From the NCBI GenBank assembly GCA_934130325.1, contig CAKOYA010000004.1:3477-67476 (forward strand): a stretch of 64,000 bases of DNA, read 5' to 3'. Below are positions 52,385 to 60,282 of this stretch, one piece after another; position 1 is the stretch's first letter, and every line of letters starts with the position of its first letter. The position numbers were made by a program, and so were the translations under genes. The DNA comes from an uncultured Clostridia bacterium (lineage in GTDB: Bacteria; Bacillota; Clostridia; TANB77; CAG-465). The notes beneath the pieces are model-generated. The model was given only the letters and a program-made list of their open reading frames with translations. It searched no databases and was not told where the DNA came from.

Positions 52385-52413
52385 TTGACTTTTGTCGATA
52401 AATATTTTATAAT
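52385..52413 (+). promoter_or_regulatory. Sigma-A promoter of the tRNA pair
   Basis: TTGACT (52385-52390), a 17-nt spacer, then TATAAT (52408-52413), about 20 nt upstream of the first tRNA. Confidence 0.7.
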
Positions 52414-52432
52414 ATAACTGTTCCACGAGAGT

Positions 52433-52509
52433 GGGCCTTTAGCTCAGTTGGTCAGAGCACCCGGCTCATAACCGGATGGTCCGGGGTTCGAATCCCTGAA
52501 GGCCCACCA
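52433..52509 (+). tRNA. tRNA with CAT anticodon. Body sequence resembles the lysidine-modified tRNA-Ile2 of Firmicutes more than elongator or initiator tRNA-Met.
   Basis: GGGCCTTTAGCTCAGTTGGTCAGAGCA...CTCATAA...GGTTCGAATCC...AGGCCCACCA folds as a cloverleaf, with an encoded CCA. Confidence 0.9.
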
Positions 52510-52530
52510 TTTTTTATATTTTTTATTTTT

Positions 52531-52616
52531 GGGTAGATGTCCGAGTGGCTAAAGGAGGCAGACTGTAAATCTGTTGGCGTTCGCCTACGATGGTTCGAAT
52601 CCATCTCTGCCCACCA
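52531..52616 (+). tRNA. tRNA-Tyr (GTA)
   Basis: Class II tRNA. The acceptor GGGTAGA pairs with TCTGCCC, the anticodon loop is CTGTAAA, it has a long variable arm and GGTTCGAATCC, and CCA is encoded. Confidence 0.92.
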
Positions 52617-52630
52617 TAAAAAATGGTTGA

Positions 52631-52665
52631 AATACCAATGTTTTTAAAACATTGGTATTTTTTTA
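52631..52665 (+). terminator. Rho-independent terminator after the tRNA pair
   Basis: AATACCAATGTT pairs with AACATTGGTATT, followed by a T7 run. Confidence 0.85.
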
Positions 52666-52808
52666 GATTTTAATCAATTTCTTATTTTTACTAAAAAATT
52701 ACGTAATATATATAGTATGCTATAAAAATTATCTTTACTTAAAAAGAGACTAAAACAATTAGAAGAAAATAAGGAAAGAGCTAATAAAAATAATGGAGAT
52801 GATTAATT

Positions 52809-53222
52809 ATGAAATTAAAATTTATAATATGCATATTATTTCTTTTAATAGCAATTATTTTGGTGTGTTGTTTGATAAATAATGGCAAAAATAAAGAAAT
52901 TAGTAGTAATATAAAAGATTTAGATAATGTTATAAGCGTTGAAATGATTGAAGAAACAGAAGGGGGATATATATATCATAAAACTGAAGATAAACAATTA
53001 ATTGATAAAATAGTAGATGCTATTAGTATAATTGAAATAAAAGGAAAAACAAATATAATGTTTAGTGATAGTACTAGGACATATAAATTAAAACTTAATA
53101 ACGGAACAGAGGAAATTTATTGTTTTCAAGGTAATAATTATTTTAAAGATAATATAAATTATGAAACTTATAATTATGAAGAATTAATGAAAATAAAAAT
53201 ACCTGTAATTGTTAAAGAATAG
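52809..53222 (+). CDS. Hypothetical membrane-anchored or secreted small protein
   Basis: 137 aa with an N-terminal hydrophobic helix ending in ..LVCC. No recognisable family. Confidence 0.5.
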   Translation: MKLKFIICILFLLIAIILVCCLINNGKNKEISSNIKDLDNVISVEMIEETEGGYIYHKTEDKQLIDKIVDAISIIEIKGKTNIMFSDSTRTYKLKLNNGTEEIYCFQGNNYFKDNINYETYNYEELMKIKIPVIVKE

Positions 53223-53264
53223 CAGTTGGATTTTTAATATCATAATTTGGAGGGTGAGTAATAA

Positions 53265-53969
53265 ATGGAACAAGAGTTTGAGATAAAAGACATATCAAAA
53301 ATAGATGCAAATAATGCATTTTTTCATTTTACTAAAAAAAGTAATTTAGATAATATTAAAAAAAATGGACTAGAACCTAGAATAGGTAAAAATTCTATAT
53401 ATGTTGAAAAAACAAAAAAAGTATTTTTTGCTCAAGGTGAAAATGGAATATTAACAATTATGGATGTTTGGTTAAGATGGCTTACTTCTAAACAGGGAAT
53501 AAGTAATGCAATTTATTTTTTAGGTATTATGTATATGAAGTTACCTTTATGTATAAAAGCTATCCCTAATTATGTTGTTAAAAATTCATTTAAAAACAAA
53601 GGTAAAAGGGAAACGGTATACAAAAATATGAAAAATGATTTAGATGAATGCGTTTTCTTAATTCTAGATTTAGAGGAAAATGTAGATTTTAGTTATAGTG
53701 ACATAGATGAAGTAAAGGATGTATACTATGAAAGTTTTCTGAAACTGTTATATCCAAACACAAGTAATGTAAGAGATACAAAAATGGAATACTGGAATAT
53801 GCATACATATTCTAATAAAGTGATTGAAAGTTCTAAAATTTCATTATTAAACATTAAAGATAACATTTCAGCAAGTGACATATTAAAAAGTTTAATTGAA
53901 GAAAATATCGAAGAAGTTAAAGAAAAAAATCAATTTTTGTATGAATATTACAATTATATATATAACTAA
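53265..53969 (+). CDS. Hypothetical cytoplasmic protein with an N-terminal FFHFT..SNL..I...GLEP motif
   Basis: 234-aa ORF with a GGAGGG RBS. No family is confidently recognised (see findings). Confidence 0.5.
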   Translation: MEQEFEIKDISKIDANNAFFHFTKKSNLDNIKKNGLEPRIGKNSIYVEKTKKVFFAQGENGILTIMDVWLRWLTSKQGISNAIYFLGIMYMKLPLCIKAIPNYVVKNSFKNKGKRETVYKNMKNDLDECVFLILDLEENVDFSYSDIDEVKDVYYESFLKLLYPNTSNVRDTKMEYWNMHTYSNKVIESSKISLLNIKDNISASDILKSLIEENIEEVKEKNQFLYEYYNYIYN

Positions 53970-54006
53970 ACTCTTTATTGAACCTGGATTCAATAAAGAG
54001 TTTTTT
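53968..54006. terminator. Bidirectional terminator between the 234-aa gene and ychF
   Basis: CTCTTTATTGAA (53971-53982) pairs with TTCAATAAAGAG (53989-54000), followed by a T6 run. Confidence 0.85.
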
Positions 54007-54008
54007 CA

Positions 54009-55103
54009 TTATACGTTAAATCTAAATAGTATGATATCTCCATCTTTTACAATATAATCTTTTCCCTCAAGTCTGACAAGACCTTTTTCTTTAGTAGCTG
54101 ACATAGTACCGTATTTAATTAAATCATCGTAAGAAACTACTTCAGCTTTTATAAATCCTCTTTCAAAATCTGAATGTATTTTTCCAGCAGCTTGGGGAGC
54201 TTTTGTGCCTTTTTTTATTGTCCAAGCTCTTACCTCTTGTTTTCCAGCAGTAAGATAAGAAATAAGACCTAGCAAGCTATAACTTGCTTTAATTAGCTTA
54301 TCAAGACCTGATTCATTTATTCCATAGTCATTCATAAGTGTAAGTTTATCTTCATCATCTAGTTCACTTAAATCTTCTTCAAGTTTAGCACATAGTGCTA
54401 TTACCTCTGCGTTTTCTTTTTTTGCATAATCTTTTACTAAATTTACGTATTTATCATTATCAATATTTGGAATTTGATTTTCTGAAACATTTGCAACATA
54501 TATTGTTGGCTTTAAAGTAAGTAAGTATACATCTTTTAATAATAGTTTTTGGTCTTCAGTAAATTCAAATGTTCTTGCAGGTTGTTCATTTTCTAGGTGA
54601 GTAATTAATTTTTCTAGTAATTCCTTTTCTTCTTTTGCTTTTTTATCTCCAGATTTTAATAATTTATTAACACGTTCAATTCTTTTATTTATAGTTTCAA
54701 TGTCGGATAAAATTAATTCTAAAGATATAGTTTCAATATCAGCAATAGGATCAATTTTTCCTTCTACGTGTACTATTTTTTCGTCTTCAAAACATCTAAC
54801 TATATGAGCTATTGCATCAGTTTCTCTAATATGAGACAAAAATTTGTTTCCTAAACCTTCACCTTTTGAAGCACCTTTTACTAATCCAGCGATATCTACA
54901 AATTCAATATTAGCATAAGTGGATTTTTCAGTTTCATACATTTTAGATAAGACATCTATTCTTTTATCTGGTACATCAACCATTCCAATATTTGGTTCTA
55001 TTGTACAAAATGGATAATTTGCACTTTCAGCGCCAGCCTTAGTTATTGCATTAAAAAGTGTAGATTTTCCAACATTTGGTAGTCCAACAATTCCGATTTT
55101 CAC
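54009..55103 (-). CDS. ychF: Redox-regulated ribosome-binding ATPase YchF
   Basis: GIVGLPNVGKSTLFNA P-loop, a 364-aa Obg-type length, and a C-terminal TGS-like end (DGDI..FRFNV). Confidence 0.95.
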   Translation of the reverse strand: MKIGIVGLPNVGKSTLFNAITKAGAESANYPFCTIEPNIGMVDVPDKRIDVLSKMYETEKSTYANIEFVDIAGLVKGASKGEGLGNKFLSHIRETDAIAHIVRCFEDEKIVHVEGKIDPIADIETISLELILSDIETINKRIERVNKLLKSGDKKAKEEKELLEKLITHLENEQPARTFEFTEDQKLLLKDVYLLTLKPTIYVANVSENQIPNIDNDKYVNLVKDYAKKENAEVIALCAKLEEDLSELDDEDKLTLMNDYGINESGLDKLIKASYSLLGLISYLTAGKQEVRAWTIKKGTKAPQAAGKIHSDFERGFIKAEVVSYDDLIKYGTMSATKEKGLVRLEGKDYIVKDGDIILFRFNV

Positions 55104-55257
55104 TTAAAACACATCCTTTATATATTCATTTTATAATTATGTTTGTTATATAAAAATAAATTTTTTACACATATTATTATATCAGAGAATTTGGATAAGT
55201 CAAGGAGTGAATAATTCACTTTCAATCATAGTTAACAAATTACGACAATAATACATA

Positions 55258-55737
55258 TTGTATAGTATGAAAGATAAGTTATATATTATAGAAAATATAA
55301 TAAATTTAAATGAAATGACAAGAAGTGGTCAAATTAGAAAAGAGACTAAAAAAATAATAGTTTGTAACTTCTTTTGTAGTGATATTTTTAGGCATTTAAA
55401 CGATATCAACAAACAGAGTGAAAAATATTTATCATATAATTTTGTAATATTAAATAATGGAAATATTATAAATATAATACCTCAAAATGAAATATCATAC
55501 AGCACTAATAGTATAGAAAATAATTTAAATTCTATATCTATAGGGATATATTGTAGAGAGGGAGAAGGATTAAACTTAGAACAAATTATAAATTTAAAAC
55601 TATTATTAAAATATATATGTAAAAAATATAATTTATCATTAATAAAAGATGTATTTATAGAGTATGATTTGTATTCTACAAGGAATTTTTCATATTACAT
55701 AGATAACTATTATTTATGGCAAAATATTATAAAATAA
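55258..55737 (+). CDS. Amidase_2 (PGRP / N-acetylmuramoyl-L-alanine amidase)-like protein with degenerate catalytic residues
   Basis: The pattern SYNFVILNNGNIINIIP...SISIGIYC...LEQIINLKLLLKYICKKYNL parallels the YHF.I...G.I.....NS.SIGI...G......Q...L..L...L...Y core. The expected Zn-ligand His positions read CNFF and EYD instead. The start may be ATG 55267. Confidence 0.4.
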   Translation: MYSMKDKLYIIENIINLNEMTRSGQIRKETKKIIVCNFFCSDIFRHLNDINKQSEKYLSYNFVILNNGNIINIIPQNEISYSTNSIENNLNSISIGIYCREGEGLNLEQIINLKLLLKYICKKYNLSLIKDVFIEYDLYSTRNFSYYIDNYYLWQNIIK

Positions 55738-55775
55738 AATACCAAAAACTGTAATGCTTTTGGTATTTTATTTTA
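55737..55775. terminator. Bidirectional terminator
   Basis: AAATACCAAAA (55737-55747) pairs with TTTTGGTATTT (55758-55768). Confidence 0.8.
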
Positions 55776-55778
55776 TAA

Positions 55779-57185
55779 TTATAGCAAATCACTTAAATGA
55801 GTAATATCTCCTGCACCTATAGTAAGAATGATATCATTTGGTTTGGCGTTTTGTTTTATATATTTTGCAATTTCAGAAAAATCAGAAATATGGATTGCAT
55901 TAATTTTATTTTTTCTTAACAAAGCAACTAAATCTTTTGAAGATACACTGCCATCATCAATTTCTCTTGCAGCATAAATATCAGCTATTATAACTGTATC
56001 AGCATCTGAAAATGAAGTTGAAAAATCATTTAATAATTCTTTTGTTCTAGTATATGTATGAGGTTGAAATATGGCAATTATCTTATTATGTTCTTTTTGT
56101 TTAGCAGCTGATAGTGTGGCCTTAATTTCTGTTGGGTGATGAGCATAATCATCATATACTAAAATATTATTTCCTAGATTTTTCTTTAATTCAAATCTTC
56201 TTTTGGCTCCACAAAATTCATTTAAACTTTTTCTCATTTGCGAAAGCTCTATCCCATGTGCATAAGCAGTAGTAATCGCTGCTAATGCATCATAAACATT
56301 GTGAATGCCAGGGACAGTAAGGTAAAAATGAAAATTTTCTAAAGTTTTAGGATCTGCTACTTCGAAAGAATAGAAACCTTTAACATTGCATGAAATATTT
56401 TTAGCATATATAGTAGCAGATGGTTCGCTCAAAGAAAAAGTAAATATTTTTATGTTGTTTCTTTTTAACTCATCTAGAATTTCTTCTAAAACATTCATAC
56501 AATTTACGTCATCTTGATTTATAATTAAATATCCATCTTTTGGTAACATTAATATAAACTTTTTAAATGAAGCCTTTATCTCATCTATTCCCGAAAAGTA
56601 GTCAAGATGATCCTCATCTATGTTTAAAATTGTAGCAGTATGGTGTGGAAAATTCAAAAAACTATCAACGTATTCACAAGCTTCAAGTATAAAATACTCA
56701 GAATCACCTAGTCTATAATTTTTATCATCTAGTTTTTTAAACTTGCCACCAATTTGAACATTTGGATCATATCCAGCATCTATAAATATTGATGAAACCA
56801 TAGAAGTTGTTGTTGTTTTTCCATGGGTTCCAGATATGCATATTGGAGTATTGTAACATTTTAATAATAATCCTAAGAATTTAGCTCTTTCAAAAGTAGG
56901 AATGTTTAATGCTTTTGCACGTACAAATTCAGGATCATGTTGATTTATAGCTGAAGTATATACAACTACATCAGCATCTTTTACAAGTTCAGCATGTGAA
57001 CCTATATATACAGGAATATCATTTTCTTTTAATATATTTATCATATCTCCATCATTTTTATCAGAACCAGTAACTATATATCCAGCTTTTTTTAGTACGA
57101 TTGCTATTCCGCTCATACTAACGCCACCTATTCCAATCATATGTATTTTTTTAATATTATCTAGAGTTTTAAATTTTTTATTCAT
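55779..57185 (-). CDS. murC: UDP-N-acetylmuramate--L-alanine ligase
   Basis: IHMIGIGGVSMSGIA N-terminus and the Mur ligase GTHGKTTTTSM P-loop. The start was set at MNKKFKTLD (57185). Confidence 0.93.
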   Translation of the reverse strand: MNKKFKTLDNIKKIHMIGIGGVSMSGIAIVLKKAGYIVTGSDKNDGDMINILKENDIPVYIGSHAELVKDADVVVYTSAINQHDPEFVRAKALNIPTFERAKFLGLLLKCYNTPICISGTHGKTTTTSMVSSIFIDAGYDPNVQIGGKFKKLDDKNYRLGDSEYFILEACEYVDSFLNFPHHTATILNIDEDHLDYFSGIDEIKASFKKFILMLPKDGYLIINQDDVNCMNVLEEILDELKRNNIKIFTFSLSEPSATIYAKNISCNVKGFYSFEVADPKTLENFHFYLTVPGIHNVYDALAAITTAYAHGIELSQMRKSLNEFCGAKRRFELKKNLGNNILVYDDYAHHPTEIKATLSAAKQKEHNKIIAIFQPHTYTRTKELLNDFSTSFSDADTVIIADIYAAREIDDGSVSSKDLVALLRKNKINAIHISDFSEIAKYIKQNAKPNDIILTIGAGDITHLSDLL

Positions 57186-57339
57186 ATAAATCCCGACCTT
57201 TTCAACTATTTCATTATACAAAATTTTCAATTAATAGTCAATTTTTTCTACTAATTTTGTCTAAAACTGTCAAAGAAAAAAGATATTATTGAAACATGAA
57301 TTTTATTTGTATATAATGTTTTCTAATGAGGTGAAGTAA

Positions 57340-58518
57340 ATGATAGTAGAAAAATTTGTTATGATAGTTGTAGAAATTATAATTTTATTTTTATTGTGTT
57401 ATAGATATGTAAAAAAAAGTACCAAGGAAGTATTAATAATAGTACCTTTTATGTGTATTAGTTTTGGATCATATATATCATTTACACTTAATAACGTTTA
57501 TATACCAATATATTTTGAAATTTTTATATTATTATTTTCATATATAATTCCAGTGATTGCTATAATATTACAATATAATAATATTATAATAATGCAAAAA
57601 ATATTATATTATAGTATGAAATATGCGTATATTTCAAAGGAATTTGAAAAAACAATAAAACTTATTAATAAAATTATTGCAATAGAAGGAAGAAAACAAG
57701 AGTATTTATATATTTTGGGAATGTGCTATAAAGAATTAGATGATAAAATAAATGCAAGAGATTCTTTTGCATTAGCAATAGATTTGGATAGTAAGGATTA
57801 TAAGTCATATTATGAATTAGGACTTATTTTAGATGAAACAAATAAGAAAGATTCGGCAATGATGATGTTAAAAAAGGCTATAAAGATTAAACCAGATTTT
57901 TATGAAGCAAGGGAAGCTTTAGGAATATGCTTAACTAGTCAAGGAAAATTTAAAGAGGCAGTTAAGGTTTATCACAAAAATTTAGAAAAATTTCCTAATT
58001 CGTATGAAATGTATTATAACATAGCAATGTTAGAATTAGAACTAGGAGATTATGAAGCATCAAGGGCTGCATTTAAAAAAGCAGGAGAAATAAAGTCAGA
58101 TTTATACACTGCGTTTTATAATTTAGGAAATATTAACTATATGTTAAGTGAGTATGATGCAGCAATTGAAGCATATAAAAAAATATTAGTATCAGGACTT
58201 TATGGCCCAAAGGGGTATTATAAAATAGCAATGGTATATGCTTCTAAAAGAGAATACGCTAAGTCAATGGCAAGTTTGGAGTACGCTATGGAATTAGATC
58301 CTAAATATATAAATAAAGCAAAAGAAGAATTTGAGTTTGAAAGTATGAAATATATGGTTAATAAATATCTGATAGATAAAGAATTATTAAAAAATAATGA
58401 AAAAATAAAAAGAAATTATATGGCGGATAAATTTAAAATCTTGAAGTTTAGGGACGTTAAGAATAAAGATTATGTGGAAAATGAGAGGCATGAATTTAAT
58501 AAAATTAAACATGCATAA
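57340..58518 (+). CDS. Membrane-anchored TPR-repeat protein
   Basis: Three N-terminal TM helices followed by about six TPR-like repeats (A...F..A...D....K.YY.LG). Confidence 0.7.
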   Translation: MIVEKFVMIVVEIIILFLLCYRYVKKSTKEVLIIVPFMCISFGSYISFTLNNVYIPIYFEIFILLFSYIIPVIAIILQYNNIIIMQKILYYSMKYAYISKEFEKTIKLINKIIAIEGRKQEYLYILGMCYKELDDKINARDSFALAIDLDSKDYKSYYELGLILDETNKKDSAMMMLKKAIKIKPDFYEAREALGICLTSQGKFKEAVKVYHKNLEKFPNSYEMYYNIAMLELELGDYEASRAAFKKAGEIKSDLYTAFYNLGNINYMLSEYDAAIEAYKKILVSGLYGPKGYYKIAMVYASKREYAKSMASLEYAMELDPKYINKAKEEFEFESMKYMVNKYLIDKELLKNNEKIKRNYMADKFKILKFRDVKNKDYVENERHEFNKIKHA

Positions 58519-58594
58519 AAATAAAGTGTAAAATAGCTTGCTTTTTAAAAAGATATAAGGTATAATAAGGAGGTATGGTGATTATACTTCTTTT

Positions 58595-58680
58595 GCCGTT
58601 GTGGCGGAACTGGCAGACGCACAGCACTCAAAATGCTGCGAAGCTTCTTCGTGTGGGTTCGAGTCCCACCAACGGCACCA
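58595..58680 (+). tRNA. tRNA-Leu (CAA)
   Basis: Class II tRNA. The acceptor GCCGTTG pairs with CAACGGC, the anticodon loop is CTCAAAA, it has a long variable arm and GGTTCGAGTCC, and CCA is encoded. Confidence 0.92.
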
Positions 58681-58683
58681 ATA
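58672..58683 (+). repeat. Left copy of the 12-bp direct repeat ACGGCACCAATA (tRNA-Leu 3' end plus 3 nt)
   Basis: It matches 59695-59706 exactly and is much more G+C-rich than the surrounding DNA. Confidence 0.8.
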
Positions 58684-58756
58684 ACGAATCTGTTCGAACT
58701 AACAGATACAAAAAATCAATCAGAAAATAAATCTGGTTGCTTTTTTTTTTGAATTG

Positions 58757-58765
58757 TGATATAAT
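58757..58765 (+). promoter_or_regulatory. Extended -10 promoter element upstream of the 143-aa gene
   Basis: TGATATAAT fits TGnTATAAT. Confidence 0.45.
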
Positions 58766-58847
58766 CGTATCGTGACATTTTTTTGTTGCCTTTGAAAAAT
58801 ACTTTTCGGAGGCACAGTCCTCCGAACAATTACAAGGAGGAGTAATT

Positions 58848-59279
58848 ATGACAGTAACCAATCAGCAGAAAATCGGAACTCATTTCAAGAAAGAAAATAT
58901 TTTCCTTGCTACAGTTTCATTAAGCAATGTCGACACTAAAGAAATGATCAAATCTAAAATGGCTGCTAGGGATAGTAAAGTACCAGAAGATGTGATGGAT
59001 TCGATGGAGCAATTTGTCGATAAAGGTTATATCTATTCGGAAGATGTTGATGTTTTTTACAAAGATGAGAGTGGGTATACTCGCTGGGTAGAAGAAGGAG
59101 CTGAAACTTTTGCTGGTGATAATTCAGACGGAAAAGGCATCCTTCGGAATGTTGTATCGATATGGGACTATTATTCAGAGGAGCAGGTTATTGAATGCAT
59201 GTTGAATAATGAAATGATAATAAGTATTACTGATATGGCTCCATTTTTGAAGTACAATAAGGATTACAATAAAGTCTGA
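58848..59279 (+). CDS. Hypothetical protein on a GC-richer tRNA-adjacent islet
   Basis: 143 aa with an AAGGAGG RBS. Codon choice (ATC, TCG, GTC, CTC, CGC, GGC) and visibly higher G+C than neighbouring genes set it apart. No recognisable family. Confidence 0.6.
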   Translation: MTVTNQQKIGTHFKKENIFLATVSLSNVDTKEMIKSKMAARDSKVPEDVMDSMEQFVDKGYIYSEDVDVFYKDESGYTRWVEEGAETFAGDNSDGKGILRNVVSIWDYYSEEQVIECMLNNEMIISITDMAPFLKYNKDYNKV

Positions 59280-59295
59280 TTCAGTTTTATAGTTG

Positions 59296-59340
59296 TGCTA
59301 CGGGAGAAAAAAAAGAATTTTCTCCCGTAGCATTCTATAA
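59296..59340 (+). terminator. Rho-independent terminator of the 143-aa gene
   Basis: TGCTACGGGAGA (59296-59307) pairs with TCTCCCGTAGCA (59321-59332), a GC-rich 12-bp stem. Confidence 0.75.
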
Positions 59341-59694
59341 ATTTTATTTTAGGAATATATTTGAAATTTTATAATTATCTTTGTATAATAAATATAGGAA
59401 ATGAATAATCGCAGTGAATGCGGTTACCACTATATAAAAGTATAACAACACGTTCACAATATTTGCATAGCGTAATGTGTTGTTATTTTTATTCCTTATC
59501 TATAATTGAATTTATATATTTTATGTATAAAATCGTAAGTAAGGTTACGTTTATTGTTGCTAAAATAAATCAATATAAAAGAAACAAATTAATTTATTGA
59601 TTTTTATTAAAAAATCTGTTAATCTATATATAAATTGATTGATATTTGTATCAATCGTCAAGAGAGCCAAGAAAAGTTGTAGATAAACACTTCG

Positions 59695-59706
59695 ACGGCA
59701 CCAATA
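59695..59706 (+). repeat. Right copy of the 12-bp direct repeat ACGGCACCAATA
   Basis: It matches 58672-58683 exactly. Confidence 0.8.
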
Positions 59707-59925
59707 GTCCCTCAGGTAGTTTGTAAGATATGCTTGAGGTTTTAATTTATAAAAAAATATAGTTTTTACTAACATTTGAACATTTATCTAAGTCACAATA
59801 TATATTAAATCTGCTACTGGTTGGGAAAACGTAATTAGGCATTTTGAATTATTAAAGAGAAGTGGTGCAAAATTACTTATAGATAATTATGAATTGGTAA
59901 ACGAATAATAAACGGAGGAATAAAT

Positions 59926-60183
59926 ATGTTAGGAAATATATTATTAGGAATAGTATCAATATGTACATTTATATCATATTTTCCGCAAACAGTTAAATTA
60001 ATAAGAACAAAAAAATCTAATGATTTAAGTATTCAATCTTGGATTTTATGGGTTACGAGTAGCTTTGCATACACCATATATGCAGTAGTAGTAAGTAAAG
60101 ATTTTATGCTTATATTTGAAACCAGTTTGGAACTAACATTTTGTTTGATTATCTTAATATTAGCAATTAAATATAGAAATTAG
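59926..60183 (+). CDS. SemiSWEET / PQ-loop family small transporter
   Basis: 85 aa with three TM helices and a PQ motif (ISYFPQTVKLIRTKKS) at the end of TM1. A GGAGG RBS is present. Confidence 0.75.
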   Translation: MLGNILLGIVSICTFISYFPQTVKLIRTKKSNDLSIQSWILWVTSSFAYTIYAVVVSKDFMLIFETSLELTFCLIILILAIKYRN

Positions 60184-60282
60184 AGTTTTCAAAGGAAGTT
60201 ATTGGAATTATATAAATCTCTAATAAGGAATAACATAAAATTTTTCTTTGTGTTAATAAAGTAAAAACAAGGCTAGCATTTT

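Noticed and set aside
58628-58861. 77-aa minus-strand ORF overlapping tRNA-Leu
   Set aside because: It runs through the tRNA gene and the islet gene's promoter and UTR. The tRNA cloverleaf and the plus-strand gene explain the region.
59418-59775. Two short ORFs (60 aa on the plus strand, 71 aa on the minus strand) in the islet's non-coding part
   Set aside because: They have no RBS, give hydrophobic or low-complexity translations, and overlap the hairpin and inverted-repeat cluster. The region is better explained as non-coding relic or regulatory DNA.
59707-59925. Riboswitch upstream of the SemiSWEET gene
   Set aside because: I looked for conserved cores of known classes (preQ1, guanidine I-III, THF, purine, PRPP/ppGpp, NAD+) and for a terminator/antiterminator pair. 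Only one weak hairpin (CCTCAGG...CTTGAGG) was found, with no recognisable motif.
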